A stretch of 64,000 nt of DNA, taken from assembly GCF_018350175.1 (NCBI RefSeq), contig NC_058368.1:177880001-177944000 (forward strand). The letters run 5' to 3'. The notes beneath the pieces are model-generated. The model did not search any database. It saw only the letters and a program-made list of their open reading frames with translations, and was not told the origin of the DNA. The stretch is from Felis catus. Taxonomy: Eukaryota. Made by a program: the position numbers and the translations under genes. Within the stretch, counting starts at the first letter, position 1. Every line of letters begins with the position of its first letter. Shown one piece after another: positions 11,745 through 24,927 of the stretch.

Positions 11745-12235
11745 ACACTGCCGCCAGAATAACTTTTCTGAAATATGTACACTATCAATAACTCTTCTTA
11801 ATTAATTAAAAGTCTTCAGTGGCACTCTATTTCCCACAGGATAAAAACGTTGCTCCTGAACTTGCTGTGCAGAGTCCCTCTTGATCTGGCCCTTTCCCAA
11901 CTGCAGTGATAACCTTTCCCCTAACTCCCACTCTATTGCCCTAAATTTTATCCTGACACATGGGATGACTGTGTCATGCTTTCACATCTCCATGGCTTGT
12001 ACCCTCTGTTGCCTCTGTTGGGAACAGTTATCCTCCCTTTTACAACCTGGCAAAATCATCTCACCTTTAAGGTTTAGTTCAAATGTAATTACTCATGGGA
12101 TGCTTCTCTTGACTTCTTCATATGACACTTATAAACTTCCTTTTGTCATACTTATCTGTCAATTATTTACTCATCCATCTGTCTCTTCCACGAGTCTGTG
12201 AGCTCTAAGCATTGCAACTGGGACACAACAGCTAT
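11745..12235 (+). mobile_element. L2 LINE relic
   Basis: aaaagtcttcagtggcactctatttcccacaggataaaa...tcacctttaaggtttagttcaaatgtaattactc...gagtctgtgagctc. Confidence 0.65.
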
Positions 12236-12239
12236 TATG

Positions 12240-12305
12240 TATGGATGTATGTGTGTATGTATGTATGTATGTATGTATGTATGTATTTATTTATTTATTT
12301 ATTTA
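12240..12305. repeat. Compound (TATG)n(TATT)n microsatellite at the L2 3' tail
   Basis: Directly visible. Confidence 0.9.
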
Positions 12306-13004
12306 AGGAATGAATAAGGACTACTGCAATGAAAATCCTAGTCCAGCAACTGAGATTACTTTAGAAAGGTAATTTGCTTCTCTGGGCCTTAAATTGTCAT
12401 CTATAAAATTAGGATATGGTGAAAAAATGTTTTAAAGATGTGAAACCATTCTTTCAAATAAGAGTTAACTTGGAAGCCTACTAAGACAGATAAAAGTCAA
12501 GTGCTGTGTTTCATGGAGGTGGAGTACGACCTGCCAAGCTCCTCCCATTGCCCCAAACCACAGGGCAAGCTGGAAAACTACGGGGCTGCATATTTCATGA
12601 TCTCTTCCACTTCTAATATTCTATAATTCTATGATGTTATTCAGTGTTTCAAAGAAGCATGTACAAGGACTGTTAAGTGGAAGAATTCCATTGTTCTATT
12701 GTGTTTTAGGAACAAAACCCTCAATTTGAAACCATATTCTCCCACCGTGGATTATTCTGTAGATATATCAAATCTGGATTTACTAACTGTGCTACACAAC
12801 TGAGTAATTATGGAGCCATTTATCCTACTAGCTTACCAGGCAAAATCAGGTTGTTTGGGACAATCCTAATTTTAAAAACAAAATGTTGAAAATGATCAAA
12901 ACATTTTTAAATAGAAATTAAACTGTTTAATAATCTTTTAAGAGATTGGGCCTTTAAACACCTATAAAAAATTCAGTCTTCTTGTGCCTTTGTAGTTAGC
13001 TATT

Positions 13005-13200
13005 AGCTCTAGGTCTGAAATACTGCTCTTTGAGTCATTAGTTATCAGTGATGATCATTTATTTTGAGCCTTAATTTCCTCATTTCTAAAACTGATACAA
13101 TACTTGCTTCACATCATTGCTAGAAGAACTAAAGTGAATTAATTCTCTACAAGACTGACTGGCACATGGTAGGCCTTTGAAACAGTCTGTATTTTATTCC
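13005..13200 (+). mobile_element. MIR relic
   Basis: gagccttaatttcctcatttctaaaactgatacaatac...ctggcacatggtaggc. Confidence 0.6.
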
Positions 13201-14002
13201 CTAATGAATACTAATGAACTAAAAGAGACAAGCTAAGAAAAAAGGTAATTTGTTTGGTCATAGATAACCCAACCACTCATCTTACCACTGGTAACTTATT
13301 GCTGTTAAAATACTATGTTTGACTATTCCCAGTATTTACATTAACTGAAAAAGCAAATCTGGAATAATTCCATATATAAATAATAAGTATAAAATATTAT
13401 CTTTATCTATAAAGTGGAGGTAGAATATTTGGTTCAGATTCCATCACCACCAATGATCACAGGTAGGGCTCCAAGGCCTCACCACACAGCAGGAGCAGGT
13501 ATTTAGTAGATATCCAGTTAGTGACATGGTACTGTACATCTGGGCACTAACAATTTTTTTTTTCTCAATTACAACTTGAACTGAAACTACTTTTCAACAA
13601 AAAAATTACATGACAAGAGACCAGACTTGCTTTCAAGAATCATTCTAATACAGATACAGAGCACAGAAACCAAAAATAGAAGCTTTCTTATCATTACAAA
13701 CCAGAAGCAAACAGATGAGCATAGCAGGTAATTTAACACTTGTATTTCCAATATTAATATATAGGAAGAACACTGAACTAATGATAGGATCTTGTATATT
13801 TCAAACAATTTACATCTATTGGTATATTTGACTTTCCTAGCTTTGATTTTACTCTGAAGCGATGTATATCATATATTTTTACAAGATATATACTAAATAG
13901 GCAGAAAAGCAACCAAACAGATAAAAATAGAAGTATACAAAGCCCGTAATGAATATGCCAACAATTCTATGACACAGGTAGTATTCAGCAGTAGGTAATC
14001 AC

Positions 14003-14270
14003 TTTTTTTTTAAACTTAAAAAAAAATTTTATTTGATAGAGAGACAGCATGAGTGGGAAAGAGGGACAGAGGGGTGAGAGAGGGAGAGGAAGAGAGCGAG
14101 GGAGGGGGGAGGGAGGGAGGGAGGGAGGGAGAGAGAGAGAGAGAGAATCCCAAGCAGGCTCCATACTCAGTGTGAAGCCCAAGGTGGGGCTTGATCCTAA
14201 CACCCTGGGATCATGACCTGAGCCAAAATCAAGGGTCAGACGCTCAACCAACTGAGTCACCCAGGTGCCC
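14003..14270 (-). mobile_element. Carnivore SINE (older SINEC subfamily) with expanded GGGA/GA tract
   Basis: Ends cagacgctcaaccaactgagtcacccaggtgccc (reverse SINE head); gagagaatcccaagcaggctcc body. Confidence 0.93.
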
Positions 14271-14307
14271 TGCATTATTAGGCCATCATTTTAAAAATGA
14301 ATTCTTC

Positions 14308-14525
14308 GGGGCGCCTGGGTGGTGCAGTCAGTTAAGCGTCCGACTTCAGCCAGGTCACGATCTCGCGGTCCGGGAGTTCGAGCCCCGCGTTGGGCTCTGG
14401 GCTGATGGCTCAGAGCCTGGAGCCTGTTTCCGATTCTGTGTCTCCCTCTCTCTCTGCCCCTCCCCCGTTCATGCTCTGTGTCTCTCTGTCCCAAAAATAA
14501 ATAAACGTTGAAAAAAAATTAAAAA
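14308..14525 (+). mobile_element. Young feline SINE (SINEC_Fc type)
   Basis: Perfect 15-bp TSD aaaaatgaattcttc (14293-14307 and 14526-14540). Confidence 0.97.
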
Positions 14526-15254
14526 AAAAATGAATTCTTCAATAAGCATACAACCTTAAAAAAAAAAACAAAACAAAACAGTGACTGGACTCAGGGCTGG
14601 CAGTAGCAAAAGTTAGGATAGATACTCTCGGAAGTTAGTTTTGCAAAATAATCATTTTGATTTTAGTCTTCTCTAAACTAACTAATTCTCCAATTTAGGT
14701 TTTTTTGTTAGATTAAAGTATGTATTTTGCATTTTTTGGCTTCATCCTTGATAAGTCAACATTAAACATAGCCTTCCTTAGTTGAATTCCTGTGTCAGAA
14801 TATATTTTCTTTTCAATGGGAAAGATACTTTTTGTCACTTAGAGGAGCACATTATAGTGAAAGGTCTTCTTTGACACATTCATTTCCAGTAAGCAGCTAT
14901 GCCAGTAGAGAAAAGATGAGGGAAAGAAAAGAAACACTTTTGAGATCTTTGCAAATGTTTCTTAAATGAATGGTACAGGGAAGAATGAGGTGGAAATGAG
15001 TAAAGGCAGCCTATCATGAGAACAGAATGGCCCCAGAGCTGTCCTAATATGATCAAGTAGCCTACAATAATTACTGTTTTTCATTCCTTGGTTCAATTGG
15101 GATAGAGGGCAGGGAGAAGACCTAGGTAGTTAGGAATACTCTAGACCTGAATAGTTTTTCATATCTTCATGACACATGAGTGCATTTCCACAGTAAGGTA
15201 AGGATAATATTCTTGGGTACAGAGCAGATGCCTACCTCAAAGTACTCAAGAGTT

Positions 15255-15450
15255 TAAGCTGGGTATAATTTACATAGAATAAAATTCACCCTTTTTCAAA
15301 AGTATATAGTTCTATGAATTTTGAAGAATGCACATGGTTGTGTAACCATAATCAAGATATATATCAACATATCCATATTGATTATTACTATCACTCCAAA
15401 AAGTTTCCTTGTAGTCAGCCTCACCTCTATCCCTGTACTTAGAGATCCTC
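15255..15450 (-). mobile_element. Old LINE-1 3' end fragment
   Basis: gggtataatttacatagaataaaattcaccc...gtatatagttctatgaattttg is the antisense L1M 3' terminus. Confidence 0.75.
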
Positions 15451-15649
15451 AAGTCCAACAGGACTTGTATCAAACAGGGAAACAGAAGACTGACCATCAA
15501 AAGGGGTTTGGATTCGCGTTTCTTAAACTAGGGCATGATATGGTATCTGCTCTTTCTAAGCCACATTCTGCTTGCAGAAGACATGGCTAATCTAACAGTG
15601 GGCAAATGTACTCAGCTGCAGTTCCAGTTCCTCCACGTACCATAGTATA

Positions 15650-16600
15650 GCTTATTCTTTTATTCATTAATAAATGCTCAATTGAATTTGGTAAGTTTGA
15701 ACTTGATAAATACTCCAAAATGTGTCATGCCATGCCAGATGCTAGTATGAACAAAATCAAACATGACTCCCATCCTCATAGAGGTTACAGTTCTAGTGAG
15801 AGAGACAGATGTTAATCAAATAATCACACCAGGTAAACATTATTACAAGCTGTGACAGATGGTATAATGGAAATATAAGATGTTCTGACAGTATACAAAA
15901 AGGTAATATAACTTGGTCTGGAAAATGAAGGAGGGCTACTACGATGAAGTGATAATTAAGCTGAGAGCTGAGGGGTGAGTAGACATTAACTGGGTGAAAA
16001 GGGAGGGTTGGGAGAGATGGAAAAGAGGATTCCAGACAAAAAAACTGACATGTATGAAGGCTTAGAGTTATATGAGAGTATGGTGATTCTGAGGGTCTTA
16101 AAGAAGGCCCGGGGTCTGGCTAGGAAAGTGGGGGCTATGTGAAGTTGAAGAGTAGGTAGGTGTTAGATGAGTAAGGGCAGTGTAGCAACATCCTAAAAAC
16201 AATGGGAAGCACTGGGTAGAAAGAGTTAGATTTATATTTCTGAAAAAATTACTTTGGCTACAAGGTATAAAATAAGCTGAAAGCATGGGGTGGGAACACA
16301 AGAACAGAGTGAAGATTCAAGTTGGGAGGGTAATGTAATATCTCAAGTAAAAAAGATGGTAACTCGGACTAGGGCTGTTGAGGAATGGATAGACTGGTGA
16401 GAGACTTATGAGATAGAAAATACTAGAATTTGGTGAGGGTGAGTGAGGAAGAAGTGAAATAAAAATGATTCCCAAGTTTCTGGCTTATGCCAGAATGGTG
16501 CCATTCACCAAGGGGAGTAGCAGTGGAAGAAGATTAGGTTTATTTCAAGAAATATTATTGGGTGTCTCTCATGGACAGGGCACTGAGAATTCCCATTCAA
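15650..16600 (-). mobile_element. L2 LINE relic
   Basis: ttcattaataaatgc...catgactcccatcctcatagaggttacagttctagtgagagagacagatgttaatcaaataatcacac...gatgattcccaagtttctggctt-like segments. Confidence 0.8.
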
Positions 16601-17644
16601 GATAAGCATACGAAGTCTCATACAAAGGGAGGAGAACCATGACAAGAGTAAGCACAGACAGAAAGGATGCCCAAGCCAAAGGTAGGGGAGAGGGGGAAGA
16701 GATGGCTACAGAAGACTTTCTCGAGTTGGTAACTACACAAAATTCTTTTCATAAGAATTTAACTTTTCGTGTCTTAATCTTCAAAAAGAGGTGACTGTGG
16801 CTACTTCTAAGAAATGCTGCCTCTCAAAAAGGGGGAATTGGTTGCTGTCTATTTAAAAAATTTTCTATTTCAAAATAATTTTAGAATCACAGCAAAGTTG
16901 CCAACTAAGCACATTTTTGTATATCCTTTACCCACTTTCCCCTAATATTAACACCTTATATTACCATGGCATATTTATCAGACATAAATCTTGGTGTAAT
17001 ATTATTAACTAAGCTACACACTTTATTTGGATTTCACCCGTGTTTCCACCAAGGTCCTTTTTTCTCTGTCCCAGGATCCACCCTAGGATTCCACATCGCA
17101 TTTAGTTGTCATGTGAAAGTTCCTCAGTCTTCCCTTGACTTTCAGGACCTTGAGGTAAATCTGAAAAATACTGGGCAATTATTTCTATTTGGAATTGTCT
17201 GATGTTTCCTCATGAATAGATTGAGGTTATACATTTTTTTTTTTTTGCAAGAATACCAGAGGGGAATGCATGTCAACAGATCTTATTACTTGTAATGTCA
17301 ACCTTGAACTCCTGCCAGGTTTTTCCACTGTACAGTGACTACTTTTCCTCTTGTAATTAATAATTGTTTTGTGGAAGATACTAATTTCCTTGTGAAAGAC
17401 CAGGAAAAGAATCTGTTCATCCTTAAACTTAACGCCCGCTAATTTTAGCATCCATTGGTGGCTCTTGCCTGCAACAATTACTACTGGGGTATGCTAATAG
17501 TGATTTTATATTTCCTTTATTCCTTCTAATTTACTAATTGGAAATCACCCAAAAGGAAGAACTTCCTATTTCTCCCATTTGTTCAATTGTATATGCATAT
17601 CAGTATTAACTCATGGATATTCATTCATCTTGTTCTGCAAATTA

Positions 17645-17865
17645 TTTTTTAATTTTTTTTTAACTTTTATTCATTTTTGAGAGACAGAGAGAGACAGAGC
17701 ATGAGTGGGGGAGGGGCAGAGAGAGAGGGAGACACAGAATCCAAAGCAGACTCCAGGCTCCGAGCTGTCAGCACAGAGCCCAACACGGGCTAGAACTCAC
17801 GAACCGTGAGATCACGGCCTGAGCCAAAGTTGGACGCTCAACCAACTGAGCCACCCAGACACCCC
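17645..17865 (-). mobile_element. Carnivore SINE (SINEC)
   Basis: Reverse head ggacgctcaaccaactgagccacccagacacccc; flanking ttgttctg duplicated. Confidence 0.95.
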
Positions 17866-18215
17866 TTGTTCTGAGAGTTATAATCCAATACTATCATTCA
17901 TTTTGTTGCTCAAAATTATTTCAGTTTTGAGGATTAGGAATTCTTTCCTGGTGACTCCTTTTGGCATGTCCACATCCTTTTTATTCCTGTACCTTTTAAA
18001 GCATCTCTTTACTTGTTGGCACTACAAGGTGCTCCAGACTCATCTGGTATTTTCCCAGACTCAGTCTTGAAATCAACCTTTTCTCCAAGAAGTGATTTTT
18101 TAAAATAGAAAATGATATTTAGAAATCAAGATTTGAGATCTAAGTATATTCATTGCTATCAGGGTTTCACTGATCCTCAGCTCTTTCACTGCCAAAGGAA
18201 ATATTAAATATGGTA

Positions 18216-18216
<1 letters not shown>

Positions 18217-18254
<38 letters not shown>
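18217..18254. repeat. (TG)19 microsatellite
   Basis: Directly visible. Confidence 0.97.
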
Positions 18255-18255
<1 letters not shown>

Positions 18256-19099
18256 ATTTGTGTATGTATACACTAATCTATCCACAGACATCTATCCATA
18301 CATCTATATTTTTGTATCTATCTGTATGTGTAAGAAATACTGATGTCTCTAATTCTGATTCAGTACCTGAATTCATTCTAGCCTTCCCCTTTCCTTATCA
18401 GTAACTTTTTTAGTGACTTTTTTCTCAATAGTGAGAAACCTCTTATTACTTATAAGATTTGGTATTATAAGTTTTTTCAAATATAAGCTATCCTAGTGGA
18501 ATTGTAGTATCTCATTATGATTTTAATTTGCATTTTACTAATGATAATGATTTTGAGCTTTTCCTATGCTTATTTACCAATTTGTATACCTTCTTCACGG
18601 AGATGTCTGACTCTTTTGTCCACTTACTTGATGTGGTGTTTCTTACAGCTGAGTTTCAATGAAAGACTTCTTTACATATTTTAGATATAAATTCTTTTTC
18701 AGAAATGTAATTTGCAAATATTTTCCCCAATATGTTACCTGCCTTTAAGTCCATTTGGGGACAATTTTTGCATAAGCTGTGAGAGATGGAGAGAAATTCA
18801 TATTTTTGCATATGGATATTCAAATGACCTAGAACCATTTGTTCAGAAAGGCTACCCATTCTCCACGAATTTCCTTTACATCTTTGTAAAAATCAGAAAG
18901 TGTATTTGTATGAGTCTATTTTTTATTTTCTATTATGCTCCATTAATCTGTATGTCTAAATTTTTGCCAGTACCATAATCTAACCTCCTGGTTACTGTAG
19001 CTCTATGGTAAGTCTTGAAATTGGATGTGTGCGCCTTCTACTTGTGTTTTTTCCCTTCTACTTGTTGTTTTGACTGTTCTTTTTTCATGAGAAACCAAT

Positions 19100-20196
19100 A
19101 GTTTATATTTTATTTTTTTATTGAAGTACAGTTGAAACACAATGCTACATTAGCTTCAGGTGTACAATATAGTGATTTGGCACCTCTATGTGTTACGCTA
19201 TGCTCACCACAAGTGTAGCCACCATCTGTCACCATACGCTATTACAATCCATTGACTATATTCCCTGTGCTGTATGTACCTTTCATCCCCATGGCTTTCT
19301 CATTCCATAACTGGAAATCTGTATCTCCCACTCTCCCCCGCTCTGGCAACCGCCAGTTTGTTCTTCGGATTTATGGGTCTGTTTCTGCTTTTTTTGTTAA
19401 TTTGTTTTTTTTAGATTCCACATATAGGTGAAATCATATGGTATTTGTCTTTCTCTGCATGACTTATTTTACTCTGCAGAATTCCTCTAGGTTCATCCCC
19501 GTTGTTGCAAATGGCAAAATGTCATTCTTTTCATGGCTGAGTAATAGCCTATTGTATACATATTTACCAAGTCTCCTTTATCCATCGTTTGTTTCTATAT
19601 CTTAGGCATTGTAAATAATGCTGCAATAAACATAGGGATATATGTATCTTTTTTTTAAATTTTTTTTAATGTTTATTTATTTTTGACAGAGAGAGAGAGA
19701 GAGACAGAGACAGAGCATGAGCGGGGGAGGGGCAGAGAGAGAGGGAGACACAGATTCCCAAACAGGCTCCAGGCTCTGAGCTGTCAGCACAGAGCCCGAC
19801 GCGGGGCTCGAACTCACAGACCGCGAGATCATGACCTGAGCCGAAGTCAGACGCTCAACTGACTGAGCCACTCAGGTGCCGCTATATATAGCTTTTTGAA
19901 TTAGTTTTTTTGCTTTCTTTGGGTAAATACCCAGAAGTGGAATTCCTGGATCATATACGGTATGTCTGTTTTTAATTTTTTTGAGAACCCCTATGCTGTT
20001 TTCCACTGTGGCTGCACCAATTTACATACACACCAACAGTGCACAACAGTTCCTTTTTTTCCATGTCCTTGCCAACACTTGTTATTTCTTTTCTTTTTGA
20101 TATTAACCATTCTGACTTGTGTAAAGTGATAGCTACTTGTGATTTTGATTTGTATTTCCCTGATGATTAGCGACTGAGCATCTTTTCATGTGTCTG
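19100..20196 (-). mobile_element. 5'-truncated younger (carnivore-type) LINE-1 nested in the old L1
   Basis: Poly-T followed by attgaagtacagttgaaacacaatgctacattagcttcaggtgtacaa; ttagattccacatataggtgaaatcatatggtatttgtc; ends gagcatcttttcatgtgtctg. Confidence 0.85.
19649..19882 (-). mobile_element. Carnivore SINE (SINEC) nested in L1
   Basis: gagcccgacgcggggctcgaactcacagaccgcgagatcatgacctgagccgaagtc; degenerate TSD tatat(g/a)ta(t/g)ctttt. Confidence 0.95.
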
Positions 20197-22260
20197 GAGA
20201 ATTAACATCTTAACTACACTGAATCTTATGAACACTGTAAGTCTCCCTTTACTTAGGTCTTTGACTTCTTTCATCAGTGTTTTATAGTTTTAGCATATGG
20301 ATCCTACATGTATTTTGTTAATTTTGCACCAAAGTATTTGGGGGGGGGTATTAATTTACATGGTACTTAAAACAATCAAATTGCAATTTTTCATTGCTAG
20401 TACATAGAAATGCAATGAGTTTTGTTTATAGACCTTGTATCCTAAAACCTTGCTAAATTCATTTATTAGACCCAGAATCTTTTTTGTAAATTTCTTGGCA
20501 TTTTCTAAATACTCATGTCATCTGGTAATACAGTTTTACTTCTTCCTTTCTAATTCAGACATTAAAGAATTTCTGTCTCACTGAACCAGATTGGATTCTG
20601 GTATGACGCCAAATAGGAGTGGTGAGAAAACACATCATTGCATTATTACTGATTTTAGAGGGAAAGCATTCAGTCTTTCAGTATTGAGTATGATGTTAGG
20701 TTTTCACAGGCAGTGTTCACCAGATTAAGGAAGGTTCCTTCTATTCCTGGTTTATTGAATTTTTACTAAGTAATAGTGCTAAAAACTTTTTCTGCATCTA
20801 TTAAGATGATCATAATGTTTTTTTCTTCTTTAGCTTGTTAATAAGGTGAAGTTACAATGATTGATTTTTAAATGTTGTTCAACATTTAATGCATGTAGCT
20901 ATGCATTACTAGGATGATTCTATTTCATTGTGCTATATTAACCTTTTTAGATATTGTTGGATTTGATTTACAAATATTTTGTTGAGAATTTTTGAGTCTA
21001 TGATGAGGGATTTTGACCTTTAATTTTCTTTTTGTAATATCTTTGTCCAATTTTGGAATTGGGGTACTGATGGCTTCGTAAAATGAGTTGGGAAGTGTTT
21101 CCTTCTCTTATTTTCTGGAAGAGACTGGGTAGAACTAAGATTATTTCTTCTTTACATGTTTGGTAAATTCTCTGGTGAAACAATCCAGGTCTAGAGTTTC
21201 CCTTATTGGGAGGTTTTTAACTATGAATTCAGTTTCTTTAATGGATATAGGACTGTTGCGGTTATCTATTTCTTCTTGAATAAATTTCGGTAGTTTATGT
21301 CTTTCACAGAAATGATCCACTTAATCCAAGTTGTCAAATTGTATTACTTTATTATTCCTTAAATATCTGTGGGATCTGTATTGGTATCCATACTTTTCAT
21401 TCTTGGTGTTAATTTGTGTTATTTTTTTCTTGGCTTGTTAAGCTAGGTATTTAATAATTTTATCTATCTTTTCTTCTGGATTTTGGTTTCAAGGATTTTC
21501 TCTACTGTTTTTGTTTTCACTTTCATTAACTTATGCCCTTATCTTTATTATTTCCTCCCTTCCTTTTGCTTTGAACTTAATTTTGCTTTTTTTAATTCAT
21601 GGGTCGGCAACCTATGGTTCACGGGCCAAAATCTGGCCCATGATCTTTTTTTGATGACCCGTGAACTAAGAGTGGTTCTCACATTTTTAACAAGTTGTAA
21701 AAACAAAACAAGACCAGAAAAGAACAACATATATCAGAGGCCATATGTGACCTGCAAAGCCTAAAATATTTACTATCTGGACCTTGACAGAAAAAGTGCC
21801 AAGCCCTATTCTAGATACTGATTTGAGCCCCTTTTTCTTTTTCTAATATGATCATTTAATGCTATAAATGCACTCCAAGCAATTTTTTAGAAGCATTCCA
21901 CAAATTATGATATGTTAGATTATATTTTCATTTTCATTCAGCTCAAAGTATTTCTTATTTACCTGAAGACTTCCTTTTTTATCCATGAACTACTTAGAAA
22001 TGGTTGTGTCATTACTAAACATTTGGTGATTTTCCAAATATCTTCCCACTATTGATTTCAAGTTTAATTTTTTTATGATATGAAAACATACTTTATAAGA
22101 TTTCTATTCTTTTAAATTTGCTAACATTTGTTTTATGGCCCCAAAGATGGTCTATCTTGGTGAATATATCATGTGCATATATATGTTAGATGAAGTGTTC
22201 TTTAAATATCAGTTAGGTCAAGTTGTTTGATGGAGTTACTGAAGTTTTCCGTATGCATTT
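20197..22260 (-). mobile_element. Old LINE-1 ORF2 remnant (decayed, frameshifted)
   Basis: Minus ORF 20998-21183 YQTCKEEIILVLPSLFQKI resembles L1 ORF2 FYQTFKEELIPILLKLFQKI; ttagagggaaagcattcagtctttca motif. Confidence 0.85.
21598..21808. mobile_element. MER58-type hAT DNA transposon relic inside L1
   Basis: catgggtcggcaacctatgg...cgggccaaaatctggccc...gcaaagcctaaaatatttactatctggaccttgacagaaaaagt. Confidence 0.85.
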
Positions 22261-22269
22261 CCATTTCTT

Positions 22270-23546
22270 ATGCATATATTATACTGTCCCATGGCATTTG
22301 GATGGCCTGTTCTTTTCATTTTTTTTTTTCATTCTTTTTCTATTTGTTTCAGTTTCAGTTTGGGTAATCTCTCTTGACCTACCTTAGAGTTCAGGGATTA
22401 TTTCCTCAACTGTGTCAAGCATACTAATAAGGCCTTCAAAAGCATTCATTATCTCTGTTAAAGAGTTTTCCATTTTTAGCATTTCTATTTAATTCTTATA
22501 ATCTTCAACTCTGATGAAAACATCCATCTGATCTTGCATGTTGTCCATCTTCACTATTAGAATCTTTAACATATCAATCATACTTATCTTAATTTTCTTG
22601 TCATACACTTCTAACATGTTGTCATAGTTGAGTTTGGTTTTGTTAGTCTCTTGGCAGTTGGCTGCTTCTTTTGTCTCCTTATAAATTTTTTGTTGAAAGC
22701 CAGACTTTTTGTGGTTTTTGCTCCTAGTAATGGGCATGTCTTTCATATGAGGGTTTAAATGAATAGTTAGGAGTTGGGTCAAGTCTGAGATTTTCTGTTG
22801 TATGGTTACCCACAGTATACCATAGGCTTCAAATTATTCTAGTGATATCTTTTATTTAGAGTGGGGGTTGATTCTCAAGAGGGATTGTCTCAGTAACGAT
22901 CTACCCTTAGCATGAGGTCTTCCCTTTGTGCTGTGCCTTAGACAGGATCTGTCCTAATGTTCCTTCAATTCTCCAGCAGTAATCCATTATTACTTGTCAC
23001 CTGATATTGGTTAGTCTGGTGATAGGAAATGAGAGACAATGTTCTCTGTAGTTTTGATTAGGTCTCAGCCTTAGGCAGGCATTGTGTCTTTGGTCTTGAG
23101 GGTATGGCCTTCTCAGTGTTCCTGCCTCTTCAGTAGCTGTTGTTCTGGGCACAGCATAAATTCCTGCCCCTGTTCCCCCTGTTCCCCCTCCAACCCCCAC
23201 CTTGTTCCCTTACCTGGGCTGCAATAGGTTCATTGGTTTCTTTTTAAAATATGTAAATTAATACCTATTTTTCAGTAGGGGAGACAGGAGAGAGGGGTTT
23301 AGGTGGAGTTTTGTGTCCCTTTCACTGCTGTTCTCCTCATCCAGGCCTGAACCTTGAAGGATGCTTTCTCTGGACTCCTTCCAATATCTTTTTGGGGTAG
23401 AAGGGACAGTACAGTGGGGTATGCGGAGAAGAGTCTGCAAGGACGTACAAAATCTTCATGTATCTGAGGCCAACAGGAGCTCCACTTTCTCTGGCCAGCC
23501 CACCCTCAGCCTCCATCAACTCAACTATTGTAGACCCATCATTCTT
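22270..23546 (-). mobile_element. Old LINE-1 ORF1 and 5' region remnant (continues 24943 to about 25400)
   Basis: Minus ORF 22489-22782 MLEVYDKKIKISMIDMLKILIVKMDNMQDQM resembles the L1M ORF1p coiled-coil N-terminus. Confidence 0.7.
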
Positions 23547-24927
23547 TTCTTTTTTTTTCAGGTTTATGCCTACTTTGTTGTTTTTCAAGTTTTTATTAAA
23601 ATTCTAGTTAACGTATATGTATATGGTAAAATTGGTTTCAGATGTAGAATTTCATGATTCATCACTTACATTTAACACCCAGTGCTCATCACAACAAGTG
23701 CCCTCCTTAATACTCACCACCCATTTAAGCCCACCCTCCTCCCTCCATCAACCCTCAGTTTATTTTCTACAGTTAAGAGTCTCTTGTGATTTGCTTCCTT
23801 ATCTTTTTTGTTTCCTTCCCATATATGCATCTGTTTTGTTTCTTAAATTCCACATATGTGTAAAATCATATTGGTACTTGTCTTTCTCTGACTTATTTCG
23901 TTTAGCATAATACACTCTAGCTCCATGCACGTTGTTGCACATGGGAAGATTTCATTCTTTTTGATGGCTGAGAAATATTCCATTGTATATACACCACATC
24001 TCCTTTATCCATTCAGCAGTCAATAGACATTTGGGCTCTCTCTATAGCTTGGCTATTGTTGATGATGCTGCTAAAAAATTGGGGTGCATGTGCCCCTTTG
24101 AATCTATATTTTTGTGTCTTTTGGGTAAATACCTAGTAGTGCAATTGCTGGGCTGTCGGGTGGTTCTATTTTTAACTTTTTGAGGAACATCCAAACTGTT
24201 TTCTAGAGTGGAAAAAACTGGCTGCACCAGTTTCCATCCCCACTGACACTGTAAAAGTGTTCCCCTCTGTGTCCTCGCCAACATCTGTTGTTTCCTGTGT
24301 TGTTAATTTTAGCCATTCTGAATGAAAGGTGTGAGGTAGTATCTCATTGTGGTTTTGATTTGTATTTCCCTGATGATGAGTGATGTTGAAGCATCTTTTC
24401 ATGTGTCTACTGGCCATCTGTATATCTTCTTTGGAAAAAAATGTTTGTTCCTGTCTTCTGCCCATTTTTTAACTGGATTATTTATTTTTTTGGTGTTGAG
24501 CTTGATAAGTTCTTTATAGATTTTGGATACTGACCCTTTATTTGATATGTCATTTGCAAATATCTTCTCCCATTCCATAGACTGCCTTTTAGTTTTGTTG
24601 ATTGTTTCCTTCTCTGTGCAGAAGCTTTTTATCTTGATGAAAGTCCCAATAGTTCATTTTTGCTTGTTTCCCTTGCTTCCAGAGACGTGTCTAGTAAGAA
24701 GTTGCTATGGCAGAAGTCAAAGAGGTTGTTGCCTATTTTCTCCTCTAGGACTGTGATGGTTTCCTGTCTCACGTTTAGATCTTTCATCCATTTTGAGATG
24801 ATTAACTAATTTTCAACAAAACAGAAAAGAATACCAAATGGGAAAAAGTCTCTTCAACAAAGGGTGTTGGGAAAACTGGACAGCAACATGAAGAAGAATG
24901 AAACTGGACCCCTTTCCTACACCATAC
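23547..24927 (-). mobile_element. Carnivore LINE-1, 5'-truncated with inverted 5' segment
   Basis: Antisense L1 3' part about 23580-24797, then sense L1 ORF2 sequence 24798-24927; 15-bp TSD ag(a/c)cccatcattctt at 23532-23546 and 24928-24942. Confidence 0.92.

Larger units (their letters stand above)
16855..19085 (-). mobile_element. Old LINE-1 (L1MC/L1MD-like) 3' UTR and ORF2 end
   Basis: ttcaaaataattttagaatcacagcaaagttgc...ctgtcccaggatccaccctaggattccacatcgcatttagttgtcatg; later gtatctcattatgattttaatttgcatt; interrupted by a SINE and (TG)n. Confidence 0.8.

Noticed and set aside
12420..12590. Possible small hAT relic inside a MIR (similar weak signal at about 9495-9590)
   Set aside because: Termini too degenerate to assign a family or boundaries by eye
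14191..14511. ORFs with recurring peptides such as GAPGW...VREFEPRVGLWADGSEPGACFRFCVSLSLCPSP (also 4944, 49564, 51443, 55911, 55978)
   Set aside because: These are translations of SINEC copies, not a protein family
20998..24756. ORFs resembling L1 ORF1/ORF2 (also 30741-31022, 57037-57270)
   Set aside because: Short, frameshifted remnants; no intact retrotransposon ORF
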